Positions 11,504 through 24,399 are shown, counted from the stretch's first letter. The stretch: DNA of 64,000 bases from Mobula hypostoma (GCF_963921235.1 NC_086109.1:28708001-28772000), one strand, 5' to 3'. Numbers and translations: made by a program. The notes: a model not told the origin generated them from the letters alone.

Positions 11504-14500
11504 ATGACCGACGCTGCATCTGTTCACGCAGTTTCGTTAAAACTGCCAAGCTTCTGAACGCTGCGACCCCATTTATGGTTCGAACAAGCAGAAGCACAAT
11601 TCCACATTCGGCAGATAACCTCGGAGTCCACTCGCTACTACTACGTGCTGAGCTCCCTCGACCAAGAGACTGCTGCACAAGTTGAGGAGTTTATACAGTC
11701 GCCCCCGGAGGACGGCAAATACACAGCATTCAAAGCCCTGCTCATAAGGACTTTCGGACTCTCACGGCGCGAACGAGCACGCCGCTTAATGCACCTGGAT
11801 GGTTTGGGAGACAGGCCACCGTCAGCATTAGTGAACGAGATGCTGGCCCTGGCTGAAGGACACAAACCCTGCCTCATGTTTGAGCAGGCGTTCCTAGAGC
11901 AACTGCCCGAGGACATATGCCTGCTGCTGTCCAACGCAGATTTCAGCAACCCCCGGAAGGTGGCGGCCCGAGCAGATGTGCTGTGGAATGCCAGGAAAGA
12001 GAGAGGGGCATCCGTCGCACAGATCACCAAGCCGCGTGCCCAACGACAGACCAGACCGGGCCCGGCAGCAGAGCCTACAAAACCCGGCGACGGGAGTGAG
12101 GAGCCCAACGAACAATGGTGTTTCTACCACCAGCGGTGGGGCACGGAGGCCCGCCGCTGCAGACCGCCCTGCAAATTCCCGGGAAATGCCAAGGCCCAGC
12201 CGCTGCCGATTGCTACGGCAGCTGGCCATCAGGACAGCCTCCTGTACGTCTGGGACAAGCAGTCGAGACGCCGCTTTTTGGTCGACACCGGAGCGGAGAT
12301 CAGCGTCTTACCTCCAACGAGTTATGACACCCGCAACAGAGAACCGGGACCCACCCTGAGGGCCGCTAATGGCAGCACAATACGAACCTACAGCACCTGC
12401 ACAGTGCGGCTACAGTTCAGCTCCAGCCGGTTCACGTGGGACTTCACACTGGCCGCCGTGGCCCAAGCACTGCTGGGGACAGATTTTCTACGAGCCCACA
12501 GCCTGCTGGTCGACTTGCAAGGGAAGCGATTAGTCCACGCCAAGACTTTTCAAACGTTCTCCCTGGGTGAACCACAGTTGCCAGTCCCACACCTGGACTC
12601 CATCACGCTGTCCGACGATGAATTCACCAGGGTCCTGGCGGACTTCCCATCAGTACTGACACCGCAGTTCACGGCAGCCATGCCCAGACACGGAGTACAG
12701 CGCCACATCCCGACCCAGGTACCACCCCTCCACGCCCGTGTTCGAAGGCTTCCCCCGGACAAGCTCCGACTGGCGAAGGAGGAGTTCAAGAAGATGGAGG
12801 AATTAGGGATCATACGACGGTCCGACAGCCCATGGGCCTCCCCCCTTCACATGGTGCCCAAGGCAACGGGGGGCTGGAGACCATGTGGTGACTACCGCAG
12901 ACTGAACGAGGCTACAACGCCAGACCGCTACCCTCTGCCGCACATTCAAGACTTCGCAGCAAACCTACACGGCGCAAGGATCTTTTCCAAGGTAGACCTC
13001 GTCCGGGGATACCATCAAATCCCTGTACATCCGGATGACATCCCCAAAACAGCACTTATCACCCCGTTCGGACTTTTCGAATTCCTCCGAATGCCGTTTG
13101 GTCTAAAGAACGCTGCACAGACTTTCCAGCGGCTAATGGACGCGGTGGGACGCAACCTGGACTTTGCATTCATCTATTTGGACGACATCCTCATAGCCAG
13201 CAGTAGTCGGCAGGAGCATCTGTCCCACCTCCGCCAGCTCTACTCCCGCCTGAGTGAATTCAGCCTTACAATCAATCCAGCCAAATGCCAGTTCGGACTC
13301 GACACCATCGACTTCCTGGGCCACAGGATTACTAAAGACGGGGCAACCCCGCTGCCCGCCAAGGTAGACGCGGTCCGCCACTTCCCCCGACCCAACACAA
13401 TCAAAGGCTTGCAGGAATTCGTGGGTATGGTGAATTTCTACCACCGTTTCCTCCCCTCAGCAACCCGAACCATGCGCCCCTTATTCACTCTAATGTCGGG
13501 TAAGGGCAAGGACATTACCTGGAACGAAGAGGCCGCAACCGCTTTCGTTAAAACCAAAGAAGCCTTGGCAAACGCCGCGATGCTAGTGCACCCCAGAACG
13601 GACGTTCCTACTGCCCTCACGGTGGACGCATCCAACACAGCAGTCGGTGGAGTGCTGGAACAACTCATCGAGGGTCGCTGGCAACCCCTGGCGTTCTTCA
13701 GCAAACACCTACGACCACCCGAACTCAAATACAGTGCTTTCAACCGGGAGCTATTGGCACTATACCTGGCAATCCGGCATTTCAGGTACTTCTTAGAAGG
13801 TAGGCCCTTCACCGCGTTCACAGACCACAAACCGCTTACCTTTGCGTTCACTAAGGTGTCCGACCCCTGGTCGTCCCGCCAGCAGCGACATCTGTCCTAC
13901 ATCTCCGAGTACACGACGGACATCCGGCATGTCTCTGGAAAGAACAATGTCGTGGCAGACGCACTTTCCAGACCTACCATACAGGCACTGTCCCAGGGGG
14001 TGGACTATGCAGCGCTGGCAGAGGCACAGCAGGCAGACGCTGAGATCCCCAGTTACAGGACTGCAGTCTCCGGTTTGCAGCTCCAAGACCTCCCCGTAGG
14101 CCCAGGTGAGAGGACCCTACTATGTGACGTAGCTACCGGCCAACCCCGCCCCGTCGTCCCAGCAGCCTGGCGCCGGCGGGTTTTCGAGTACATTCACAAC
14201 TTAGCGCACCCCTCCATCAAGACAACCGTCCGGCTGGTCGCCAACAGGTTCGTGTGGCATGGACTTCGTAAGCAGGTCAGTGAATGGGCCAAAACGTGTA
14301 TGCAGTGCCAAACGGCCAAGGTGCAGCGGCACACCAAGGCTCCACTGCAGCGGTTCGAACCCACCCGCCGGAGGTTCGACCACATCCATGTGGATATCGT
14401 GGGGCCCCTGCCAGTGTCATGAGGAGCGCAGTACCTCCTAACTATGATAGACCGGTTCACCAGATGGCCAGAGGCAGTCCCGCTCAGCGACACCACCTCC

Positions 14501-15289
14501 GAATCCTGCACCCGAGCACTGATCGCAACCTGGGTAGTACGCTTTGGGGTACCGGCCCACATTACCTCCGACAGGGGCTCCCAGTTCACCTCCAGCCTGT
14601 GGTCAGCTATGGCCAGACATTTAGGAACACAGCTACACCACACAACTGCCTACCACCCACAGTCGAACGGACTAGTGGAGCGCTTCCACCGTCACCTGAA
14701 ATTGGCTCTCATGGCCCGCCTGGAGGGGCCTAACTGGGTGGACGAACTTCCCTGGGTCCTGCTCGGAATCCGCACGGCGCCCAAAGAGGATCTACACACC
14801 TCGTCGACCGAGTTGGTGTACGGCGCGCCCCTGGTCGTCCCAGGAGAGTTCATACCAGCCCCAAGGGGGCAAGAGGAAGAACCCACAGCAGTCCTGGACA
14901 GACTACAGGAGAGGCTCAGTAACCTGGCCCCCATACCCACTTCACAGCACGGACAGAGCCCGACCTGCGTACCCAAAGACCTGCAGAACTGTAAGTTTCT
15001 TTTTGTACGACGAGGCGGACACTGGGCACCGCTACAGCGGCCCTACGAGGGGCCGTTTAAGGTGATCAACAACAACGGGTCCACGTTCGTGCTGGACATT
15101 GGGGGGAGAGAGGAGGTTTTCATGGTGGACCGACTCAAACCGGCCCATGTGGACTTGGCGCAACCGGTCCAGGCTCAGGCACCGCGGCGCAGGGGCAGAC
15201 CTCCCAAACAGAGGCCGATCCAGACTGTGGACATTGGGGGAGGTATCGCCGGTTCTGGGGGGGGGGTTATGTGGCGACCCACTTTCTGA
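11504..15289 (+). pseudogene. gag-pol: Single-frame gag-pol polyprotein broken by two nonsense codons
   Basis: ATG 11504 is in frame with ORFs 11645-14422 and 14444-15289; TGA at 11555-11557 and 14420-14422; CHCC 12119-12172; PR LVDTGA (D at 12284); RT YLDD 13175-13186; RH TVDAS..REL..TDH..ADALS; IN HNLAH..CMQC, HVD/SDRG/VERFH, GPF module. Confidence 0.93.
15257..15266 (+). promoter_or_regulatory. Polypurine tract
   Basis: G10 run ending 3 nt before the 3' LTR. Confidence 0.8.
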
Positions 15290-15464
15290 CACCCACGAAC
15301 CGGCTCACGAAACAGCGCGCGCAGGCAGAGGGCGGGCAGCAAAAAGGGCAGGAACGGGAAGGCTTTAAAGCGGGCCGCGAAGTTTGAATAAACCTCTTTC
15401 ATCGCAACTCCAACTCACCGACTCCGTGTGGTTATTCTAGCGCTGTGTGTAGCACATCGCTACA
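15270..15464 (+). repeat. 3' LTR
   Basis: Identical to the 5' LTR except 11349G/15350A and 11458A/15459G. Confidence 0.97.
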
Positions 15465-18400
15465 AGACTTTATAAGGCACTGGTGAGGCCTCACTAGGAG
15501 TATTGTGAGCAGGTATGGGCCCTTTATCTTAGAAAAGAAGTGCTGGAACTGGAGATGGTTCAAAGGAGATTCACAAAAATGATTCCAGGATTGAATCTTG
15601 TCATATGAAGAGCGTTTGATAGCTCTGGGCCTGTATTCATAAGTATTCAAGAATGAGGAGTGACCTTATTGAAACCCTTATCTAATGGTGAAAGGCCTTG
15701 ACAGAGTGGATGTGGAGAGGATATTCCTGTGGTGGGAGAGTCTAAGACAGAGCCACAGAATAGAGGGGCGTACTTTTAGAATGGAGTTAAAGAGAAATTT
15801 CTTTAGCCAGAGAGTGGTGAATCTGTGGAATTCTTTGCCACAGGCAGTTATGGAGGCCAAGTCTTTATGCATATTTAAAATTGAGGCTGATAGACTCTCG
15901 ATTGGTCAGGGCATGAAGAGATATGAGGAAAAATCAGGAGACTGGGGCTAAGAGGAAAATTGGATCAGTCATGACAAAATGTCAGAGTAGACTCAATGGG
16001 CCAAATGGACTAATTCTGTTCCCATATCTTCTGGTCTTATGGTCTAATAGTCTAAATGTAGAGTGAGATTAGCTGGATTGCTTTCCAGTACCAATTTGAT
16101 AGGCCAAATGGCCTCCTTCCATGTTGGAACATTGTATTGATTCAGTGATTCTGTGAGAGTTAATTAATGAAAGTAGCAGACACCAGCGTTTCTTTTGTGG
16201 GATGTGGTTCAAATCCTGCATAGATTCGTGGAATTAAAGTTCTCCATGCTTGATATAAAGCTCTTTGTGAAATGACTTTAATCCTGTTCCTGCACTATAT
16301 TGTTCTTAACAGTTCCTAATTTGGGCCTAATTGGCAGCATCACTCAGAGAGGTCAAACAACAACAGGGATGGGAAATGGAAAAATAAAAACAATTGTCAC
16401 TTCAAGGCAGAACAGTAAGAGGTTTGTTCTGCAATTGGCTCTATTATGCCTTGCCTGGGAGTAGTTACTGCTGACCTCGAGTGCTTGAAATAGGAGGAGT
16501 CACACTCCCTCTACCAGCATTAACTATCAAGATTACAGGGAAGATTTCCCTGGAGTAGATCTATTTGACTGAACTTCCCATTTTTTATACACCTTGTTTG
16601 AAAAATCAGAGTAGTATTAAGTTAGATTTAAGGTTGCTACAACTTTCCACACCAAAATTCTAACGTGTTCTTTTGAAACTTTGATTAAAAGAATTAGAAG
16701 CAGTTTTCTAAACATATCACAGAGCCAATGTAAACAAAAGACTTCAGTGGTGAAGGGCATCTGGTTCCAATGATTTCAACGTTGTTTTTTTCACTCTGAC
16801 TTCCTGCAAATTAAAAAAAAATTCTTACCTATAGCTTTTACACAAATCAAATGAATTTGTTTTTTTTAAACCTGGCCATATACTATATGTTTAAGTCTCT
16901 GCAATTTGCAAACCAGTGATCCTTCAGGAAATGTGCTTCAAATACAGATTTAAGGTGAGCAGGGCTTGGTTATAACAACCTGTTTGTTTTCACTCAAATA
17001 TCAATGCCAACACGGCAAAAAATCATGCTACCTGTCAGTATGCCCCTTCATGGAATTCAGAGTTGGTAAAAACTAGAATGAATGTATTTTTAGGTACCTA
17101 TTCTTGTGGTTTCTGTTTTGATATTTGCTTTGTTACCAATCAGTTGAGCACATGAAAGGCATTCTTGTATCTATAGTTCTGATATTAAGTGGCAGTATCA
17201 GAAATAACAAAAAACACATCATAAAATATGTGCCATATATACTGTCTGATACTGATTAGCATTGCATTTAAATGTGCAATATCAGTGCACACAGGGATTA
17301 TAGGTTAACATATTTGAATCGTTGGAACCATGTAATAGAACTCATTGATTCTAAAAAATGATGTCAGTGTTGGTAGAAAAGAACTTGCTGTGCCAGATTA
17401 GAGGAAAATGAAAATCAAACATGGGCCTCACAAGGAATGCAGATTGGGATTTGATCATACCTTGAGGCTAAAAGAGTTAATCTCTCCATCTGCAGTGGGT
17501 GGTATATGAAAATACAAGGAAGCACAGATGTGAACCGTGAACTTGCCCTATAAAGTTAAAAAGCTTAACACGTATCTTTAATATCGAAAAAAAAATAGTT
17601 GCGTCTCAGTTAGACATCCCTTTCCAGGCCTATTACATGTGATATTGCCTTTACATGAATTTGAAATTCTTTATCTATGAATAGGACTAAATCAATGTGA
17701 AACTTTGGACAGAATAAATTTCAAATTCCTAAAGTTTGTAAAGACATATTTAGCTTATTTTAAGGTGATGACCTTTCTGCGGGACTGCTTTGAAACATGA
17801 CAGGACATAGAAATTAAAGAGGGCTCAGCCAGATTCTCTGAATATTCCACCAAACAGTAATAACAGATGTTCTGTCTTATTGTAAACTTATTGTTACATG
17901 TTGCTTAAAAACATCAATAAAATATTGATTGCTTAGCCCATGAAGATGTTTTACTTATGAGATATATGTTTTTTTTTCCCTTTTCTCCACTGTTCCACAG
18001 AAAAACAGTTTTTTGAGGTTGACATCTCACAATTTGACCTCAGTCATCCCGACCTCATATGAATTACACTGAAGTTTGAATCATAATGAAATATGAATAT
18101 ATTTCCAGTCGATTCTGTCATTTGTCTCTGGTTCAAAAGTGTCACATGGTCTCCTTGGTTTAATAAGCAGTCAGATTGTGAATATTCCTATTAAAAAAGG
18201 AGCAAGTTCTGAGGCAATAAGTCATGAACACAAGAATATCTGCAGATGCTGGAAATCTAAAGTGACAAACACAATAACACAGTATTTTGTGTGTGAAGTT
18301 CTGAGGCAGTCTGACTTGCATCCACTCTAGTTTTAGCAGACCAATGAGGCATATGTGGAACTGCAGACTGATACATGTACATGGCAAGATATGTCCTACA

Positions 18401-18479
18401 AAACAGAATGGGTAGTTGTGAGGTCTTCCTGCATGTTGCTTATGGAGTTCTCCTGACAAATGGACTCAAGGTTCCCAAT

Positions 18480-19065
18480 AACATCCAGAATATTCCTCCA
18501 GCAATTCAGGAGATCATGGACCTAGGACTCCCAGGAGTCAGTTGAGATGTTGCTATTTTCAAGGAGGCTTCACGTCCATCCTTGTGTCTGTTCCTTATCT
18601 ATCAGATAATCTTTTGCCTTGATAGTTCTTGGAATAGAATTGTGTATTTGGAGTCTACTTTCAGATCTATGACCAATGTGTTCAGTCTAATTAGGGTTAT
18701 ATTGTTGGGAATGTTAACCTAGGCATGGACACTGATAATGATAGTAGCTTATCCTTCTAGTAAATTGGAAGAACTTGCAGAGACAACATTGATGATACCT
18801 TTCTGTTGTCATGAGGTACCTGTTATACCTTGGCCATGTCATAGAAGCATGTAGGAAGGCAAGGATCACTGCTGTCTGACTGACCATGAGTTTTGTGCCA
18901 AATTTGATGTCTTAATCCTCAATTTCTCTTTTCTTCAGCTGACTTAAGGCAAATTGAAGCTGTTGGCAGTTTTCATCACTAACATCACTGGCTTTGCTTA
19001 TCATTGGTCTTTGTTGAAATTGCTTCTATTGTCGACCCATTAGTTTGCATCATGGTGCACGTGCC
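18480..19065 (-). mobile_element. Old RTE-clade LINE remnant
   Basis: Reverse strand resembles the RTE RT C-terminal motif TKLMVY..AVIPALLYAS.TW (ggcacaaaactcatggtc...gcagtgatccttgccttcctacatgcttctatgacatgg). Confidence 0.5.
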
Positions 19066-19091
19066 ACCTCTAAGCAAATATAAAATGTCAA

Positions 19092-19219
19092 ATGCAAACA
19101 ATAGGAATTCTGCAGATGCTGTAAATTCAAGCAACACACATCAAAGTTGCTGGTGAACGCAGCAGGCCAAGCAGCATCTCTAGGAAGAGGTACAGTCGAC
19201 GTTTCAGGCCGAGACCCTT
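19092..19219 (-). mobile_element. PLE terminal fragment truncated inside the hammerhead
   Basis: Reverse complement begins aagggtctcggcct-GAAA-CGTC-gactg; CTGATGA box absent. Confidence 0.8.
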
Positions 19220-19655
19220 GTAAATGTAAAACATTTCATGAGCTAATGCATTCTATCTGAATTCTGTAGGTGACTGACCTAATGTTATATTATTCTGTAC
19301 ACAAATGAGAAAATAAGAGATGTATATGACAGACGTGTGCTTCTGACTATAACTCTCACTGATCTCATATAAGTGATGAAGAAAAGAGTGAGGAAATATA
19401 AAGTGAATACTGGGACAATAAATGCAATAAATGAAAGGTTAAATTGCTTCCATTTGGACCTTGATCAATATCTACATAAAAGATCAGCTCCTAACTTTAT
19501 TTCTAAACATTATCAATGTTTTTTGATCGGAAATAGATTTCCCACGACCTAAGTGTTTTTGTCACTCCCTCTTTGAGAGTGAAACTTTTGTTAATGTATA
19601 AATTAAAGAATGTGATGATGAAATACTGAAGTGGAAAATGCACCATCTCCATGAT

Positions 19656-19924
19656 GGGGTAGCACAGTAGCGTAGTGGTTAGCACAAGGCTTTACAGTAC
19701 AGTCGACCCCGGTTCAATTCCCGCCACTGCCTGAAAGGAGTTTGTATGTTGGTTTCCTCCCACAGTCCAAAGATTTAACACTTGGTAGGTTAATTGGTCA
19801 TTGTAAACTGTCCCATGATTAGGTGAGGATTAAATTGGGGGGGTTGATAGCTAGTATGGCTCAAAGGGCCAGAAGGGCCTATTCCGTGCTGTATCACAAT
19901 AAATAAACAAATAAATAAATAAAT
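19656..19924 (+). mobile_element. tRNA-derived V-domain SINE with CR1-like tail (HE1-like)
   Basis: A box tagcgtagtgg, B box ggttcaattccc, V-domain ggtttcctcccacagtccaaaga, tail gggccagaagggcct...(aaat)n. Confidence 0.8.
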
Positions 19925-20667
19925 TATCATGTATAGGCACCAAAAGAGTGCTCAGAGCTTGGTTATGTACAGAGAAAGGAAGTGCAAGGGTGGCCTAACT
20001 AATGGTCACTAAGGGGAATACTCAGACCCACTATCAAAGAGTAGGTTTTAGAATATATTCAGTTGAAATTGAAGCTGCCGTAAGTTCATCACAGGCTGTT
20101 GCCAATCACAGCATGCTCAGTATCAATTTCAAGCTCTACCTTGCCTACCTCCTCCAGCTTTGACTCTGAAGTCTCTTCATCTCAGGAGTGGGCTTCATAC
20201 ATTCCGGTTCTAAGTTCTGAATAGCCTCCTTGCACCTTACTACAACACTGCTAATGGATTAACCAGACTTACGGTCTTTTCTTCTAACAAGCTAATTGTT
20301 GATACGGTACACTTGTTGACAGTTATATAAAAGCCAGTTGCTGTTAGGGAATGTTTAATTCCTCTTGTTTTGTCTTCAAGGCATGTTAGAAACTGATGTG
20401 GAAGACCTGGTGTCATGCAAATGCACTCATGCACACCTCTCCAGTATTTTATGTGACAACTCTAGGTGTTACTCTTCCATTAAACAGAAAATTCTGGAAT
20501 ATTTATGTATGTTTCAGCAGCATGTACAAATGACCTTCCATCAAAGCAATGATAGCTTGCTTTATGTAATAACCTTAATATAATAGAATCTCCCAAGGCG
20601 CTTAATTAATGTCAGCAGATAAACAGAAAGACAGGCAGAATGTCTATTTGTCATATTTTCTGATTTT

Positions 20668-21572
20668 AGACCATAAGACATAGGAGTAGGATTAGGCTAT
20701 TCAGCCCACACCAAGTCTGCTCCACCATTCAATCATGGCTAATTTTTTTCCCTCTCAACACCATTCTCCTGCCTTCTCCCCATAACATTTAATGCCCTAA
20801 ATATTCAAGAACATGTCAACCTCCACTTTAAGAATACCCAATAATATGACCTGCTCAGCCATTTGTGGCAGTGAATTCTACAGATTCACTACCCTCTGGC
20901 TAAAGAAATTCCTCCTTATTTCCATTCAGTTCTTCTATTCTGAGCCTGATCTTTCTGATCCTAGACTTTTCAACTATTGGAATTATCCTCTCCACTTCCA
21001 TTCTCTGTAGGAATTTCAATATCCAATAGGTTTCAATGAAATCCCACTCCCCGCCCTCATTCTTCTAAACTCCAGCAAGTACAGCCCCAAAGTCATCAGA
21101 CACTCCTCATTCATTAACCCTTTCATTCCTGGGATCATTCTCATAAATTCCTCTGGACCCTCTCCAATTCTAACGCATTCTTTATTTGATATGGGACCCA
21201 AAATATCTCACAATGCTCAAAATGTGGCCTGACCAACACCTTAAAAACATTAGCATTACAGCCTGGTTTTATATTCTAGTCTTCTTGAAATGAATAACAA
21301 CATTACTTACTACCACCTCAATTTGCAAGTTATCCTTTAGGGAATCCTGCACTAGGACACTCAAGTACCTTTGCATTTCTGATTTCTGAATTCTCATTTA
21401 GGAAATAGTCTATGCCTTTACTGCACTGTATTCCATCCGTCACTTCTTTGCCCATTCTCCTAAACTGTCCAAATCCTTCTGCAGACTCCCTGCTTCTTCA
21501 AAAGTATCTGCCTCTCCACTTGTCTTTGTATTATCCACAAACTTGGGCACAAAGCTAACAATTCGGTTATCA
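20668..21572 (-). mobile_element. CR1 LINE 3' fragment
   Basis: Tail agaccataagacataggag; reverse complement is similar to 15470-16050. Confidence 0.85.
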
Positions 21573-22914
21573 GTTAGACGACTAGATTAAGTGCATATTT
21601 TTACATTTATCTTTCAAAGAATTGTTCTGCTCTGTAGAATTATGCTTCAAGATGAATTATCATGCCCTCTTGGATGAAAAATGACAGCATTCTTCAAATG
21701 ATTTTGATTAATTATCACCTGCTTTTCCCATCACTACTTTGAACTGTTACTTTGTCATAACTTTTCATGTTGTGAGGGCTGGAAGGTCTGGCCTCCAGGC
21801 TGCTCTGTAGATGACATCATCGGTGTTTCTTGATTGGCTGCCAAAGAGCAAGCTTGAGCAATGCGGGACACAACAGTCCCTGGATAATTACCCCCTCCCT
21901 TTCTTTCCCAGCTGACCTTACTAATGTTGTTTTCCTCTTGGGAAATCCCAAACATAAATGTGAGTTGGAACTATGAGACTACAACAAACAACAATGGTTT
22001 TCATCAACAAGTTTGATGGAGATTCCAAGCCACTTCCTATGTTGTAATGTTGAATTGTTTTTATTGCCAACATACAAAGCAGTTATTGTACCATGGAACT
22101 TCTAAACACATTTGAATTATAATCTTTGCTGACAGTGTAACAGCTAAAAAATTAACAGAGCAACAATATTGAAGATAAGTGTCATGATTAAACTTAAGGC
22201 CTTTCTGAGCTAAGTAATTGTTGACCGATTAATCAGGGGAGCCACGTTCAGTACTTTTTCTCAATTGCGATGACCGACTGTTGCCTGATTATTTTTCCTA
22301 AATGTCCTGATTCAGATGTTTGGCTAATTTTGCTTTATTTATCCGATGGAACAATGAAACAGCTCTGTGTTGAACATATGTAGCAGATGTTCTATACTGT
22401 ATTCCAAATCTCCTCCGAATTTTTCAGGCAAATAAATTTTATCACTCTGTTGTAACATGGCCATTTGGTGGAGATGGTGCTGGAGGAGAAACATGTTGTT
22501 ATACTTTAACCTTATGGAAATTTCCCCACTCACAATGAACTTGAAGTCACACAGCTGCAGGGTTTTAAAGGCATGGGAAAAAGACAGCTACTTCCCTCTA
22601 TAACACTTAAGCATTGAGCACGAGTCGTGCTGAAGTACTGTACAAAGAACCAAGTGCTTTGAGGACATACAGTATGCAAGAGCAGGGAATCTGCAATTCC
22701 CACATCCCATCACCAAAACGTTGCCAATAACTGCTAATCTGGTGTCAGGTGGTTTAAGTTCTCCTTCAACATATCTGCATTATTAATAGCACATACAGGG
22801 CACTTATGAGACAAAAGAAAGGGCAGCCCTGCCTGGGGGTGGGGGGAAATACAGAGGACAAGGTAGAAGCGTTGTTGCTACCTGCTGCATGTCCTCCTTG
22901 GGGGAATTGAGGCG

Positions 22915-23165
22915 ATGCTTGGGACATCAGATTCCAGAGTTCAGTCCCAGTGCCATCTGTAAAGAGTTTATGTGTTCTCCCTGTGACTGTGTTGGTTTCC
23001 TCCAGCTGCCCCTGTTTCCTTCCACAGTCCAAAGATGTTCCAGTTAGTAGGGTAATTGGTCATTGTAAATTGTCCTGTGATTAAGCTAATGTTAAGTAGG
23101 TGGTTTGGTGGGGTGGGAGCAGCTTGTTGGGCCGGAAGAGCCTGTTTCACATTGTATCACTAAGT
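22915..23165 (+). mobile_element. V-domain SINE (HE1-like)
   Basis: gagttcagtccc B box; V-domain; taattggtcattgtaaattgtcc. Confidence 0.7.
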
Positions 23166-23179
23166 AAGATTAAAATAAC

Positions 23180-24340
23180 TTTAAATTCCTTGAAGATACC
23201 ATATCAGTGCCGTCACAAACATGGAACAGCAGTGCCTCTACTTTCTTTGAGGTTTGCATAGATTTGGCATGTTATCTAAAAATTTGACCAACTTCTGTTG
23301 ATGCACAGTGGAGAGTATCCTGAGTGGATGGAAAAAATCAACATAAAGTGGTGGGTATCACCCAGTCCATCACAGGCAAGGCCATCCTCATCAGTGAGCA
23401 TATTTACAAGGAGCACCAGCACAAGAAACATAGAACATAGAACATAGAATAGTACAGCACAGTACAGGCCCTTCGGCCCTCAATGTTGTGCCGACCCTCA
23501 AACCCTGCCTCCCATATAAGCCCCCACCTTAGATTCCTTCATATACCTGTCTAGTAGTCTCTTAAACTTCACTAGTGTATCTGCCTCCACCACTGACTCA
23601 GGCAGTGCATTCCATGCACCAACCACTCTCTGAGTAAAAAACCTTCCTCTAATATCCCCCTTGAACTTGCCACCCCTTACCTTAAAGCCATGTCCTCTTG
23701 TATTGAGCAGTGGTGCCCTGGGGAAGAGGCACTGGCTATCCACTCTATCTATTCCTCTTATTATCTTGTACACCTCCATCATGTCTCCTCTCATCCTCCT
23801 TCTCCCCGAAGAGTAAAGCCCTAGCTAGTAAAGCAGCATCCATTATGAAAAATCCCCAAGATCCAGGTCATATTCTCTTCTTGCTACTACAAACAGGCTG
23901 GAGGTAAAGCAGCCGTAGGTCCTACACCAGCAGGTTCAGGAACAGTTATTACCCTACAACCATCAGGCTCAGAACCAGCATGGATAGTTTCACATACCTC
24001 TACGTTGAACTAACTCCACAACCTATTGACACACTTTCAAGTCTCTACAATTCATGTTCTTGGTATTATTTATTTATTTTAACTAATTATGCACTGTATC
24101 TTCTTTTAGAGTCATGGATCACAGTACAGGCCCTTCTGCCGATCTAGTCCGTGCAAAATAACTAATGTGACTACTCCCATTGATCTGCACCTGGACCATA
24201 GCTCTCCATTTCCAAAGTTTGTTTGCACCTTGGTTGTTTGCCAGTCTTTGTTATTTATAGTTTTTCATGAATTCTATTATGATTTTTAATTCTCTGCAAA
24301 TGCCTGCAAGATAATGAATCTCAAGGTAGTAGTGACATAC
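23180..24340 (+). mobile_element. Rex1/Babar LINE 3' fragment, split by a CR1
   Basis: cagtgcctctactttctt...gatgcacagtggagagtatcctga...aaagcagcatccattatgaa...caggttcaggaacagttattaccc. Confidence 0.75.
23426..23825 (-). mobile_element. Young CR1 3' fragment
   Basis: ORF MRGDMMEVYKIIRGIDRVD...FFTQRVVGAWNALP; (aacatag)n tail. Confidence 0.9.
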
Positions 24341-24341
24341 T

Positions 24342-24343
<2 letters not shown>

Positions 24344-24399
<56 letters not shown>
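24344..24399. repeat. (AC)n microsatellite
   Basis: Pure 56-bp dinucleotide run. Confidence 0.98.

Larger units (their letters stand above)
11269..15464 (+). mobile_element. Full-length Ty3/Gypsy LTR retrotransposon with CsRn1-clade features
   Basis: TG...CA LTRs of 195 bp; 4-bp TSD AGAC (11265-11268, 15465-15468); domain order gag-PR-RT-RH-IN; interrupts CR1 atgagac|tttataaggcactggtgagg. Confidence 0.97.
7597..16053 (+). mobile_element. Long CR1-clade LINE, decayed (ORF1 SGNH-esterase-like region, ORF2 APE endonuclease and RT); hosts two insertions
   Basis: ORF1 EQPEVMVHVGTND; EN RIRNKVDEL..YDVVGITESWL and PTRGSAIQDWVL; RT SQHDFLKGKSCLTNL; C-terminal FFSQRVVNLWNSLP; tail cttctggtcttatggtct; many stops and frameshifts. 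Confidence 0.9.

Noticed and set aside
11436..15402. Many antisense and alternate-frame ORFs in the provirus
   Set aside because: Expected shadows of GC-rich coding sequence; no motifs, and no env-like ORF
16933..16959. Possible 27-nt microexon (cag|...aag|gtgagc)
   Set aside because: Weak pyrimidine tract and unrecognisable peptide; needs RNA evidence
17965..18075. Strong polypyrimidine acceptor (ttccacag at 18000)
   Set aside because: All three frames stop within ~70 nt and no peptide is recognisable; a non-coding exon cannot be excluded
19656..19730. tRNA-like A and B boxes
   Set aside because: SINE head continuing into a V-domain; no complete cloverleaf
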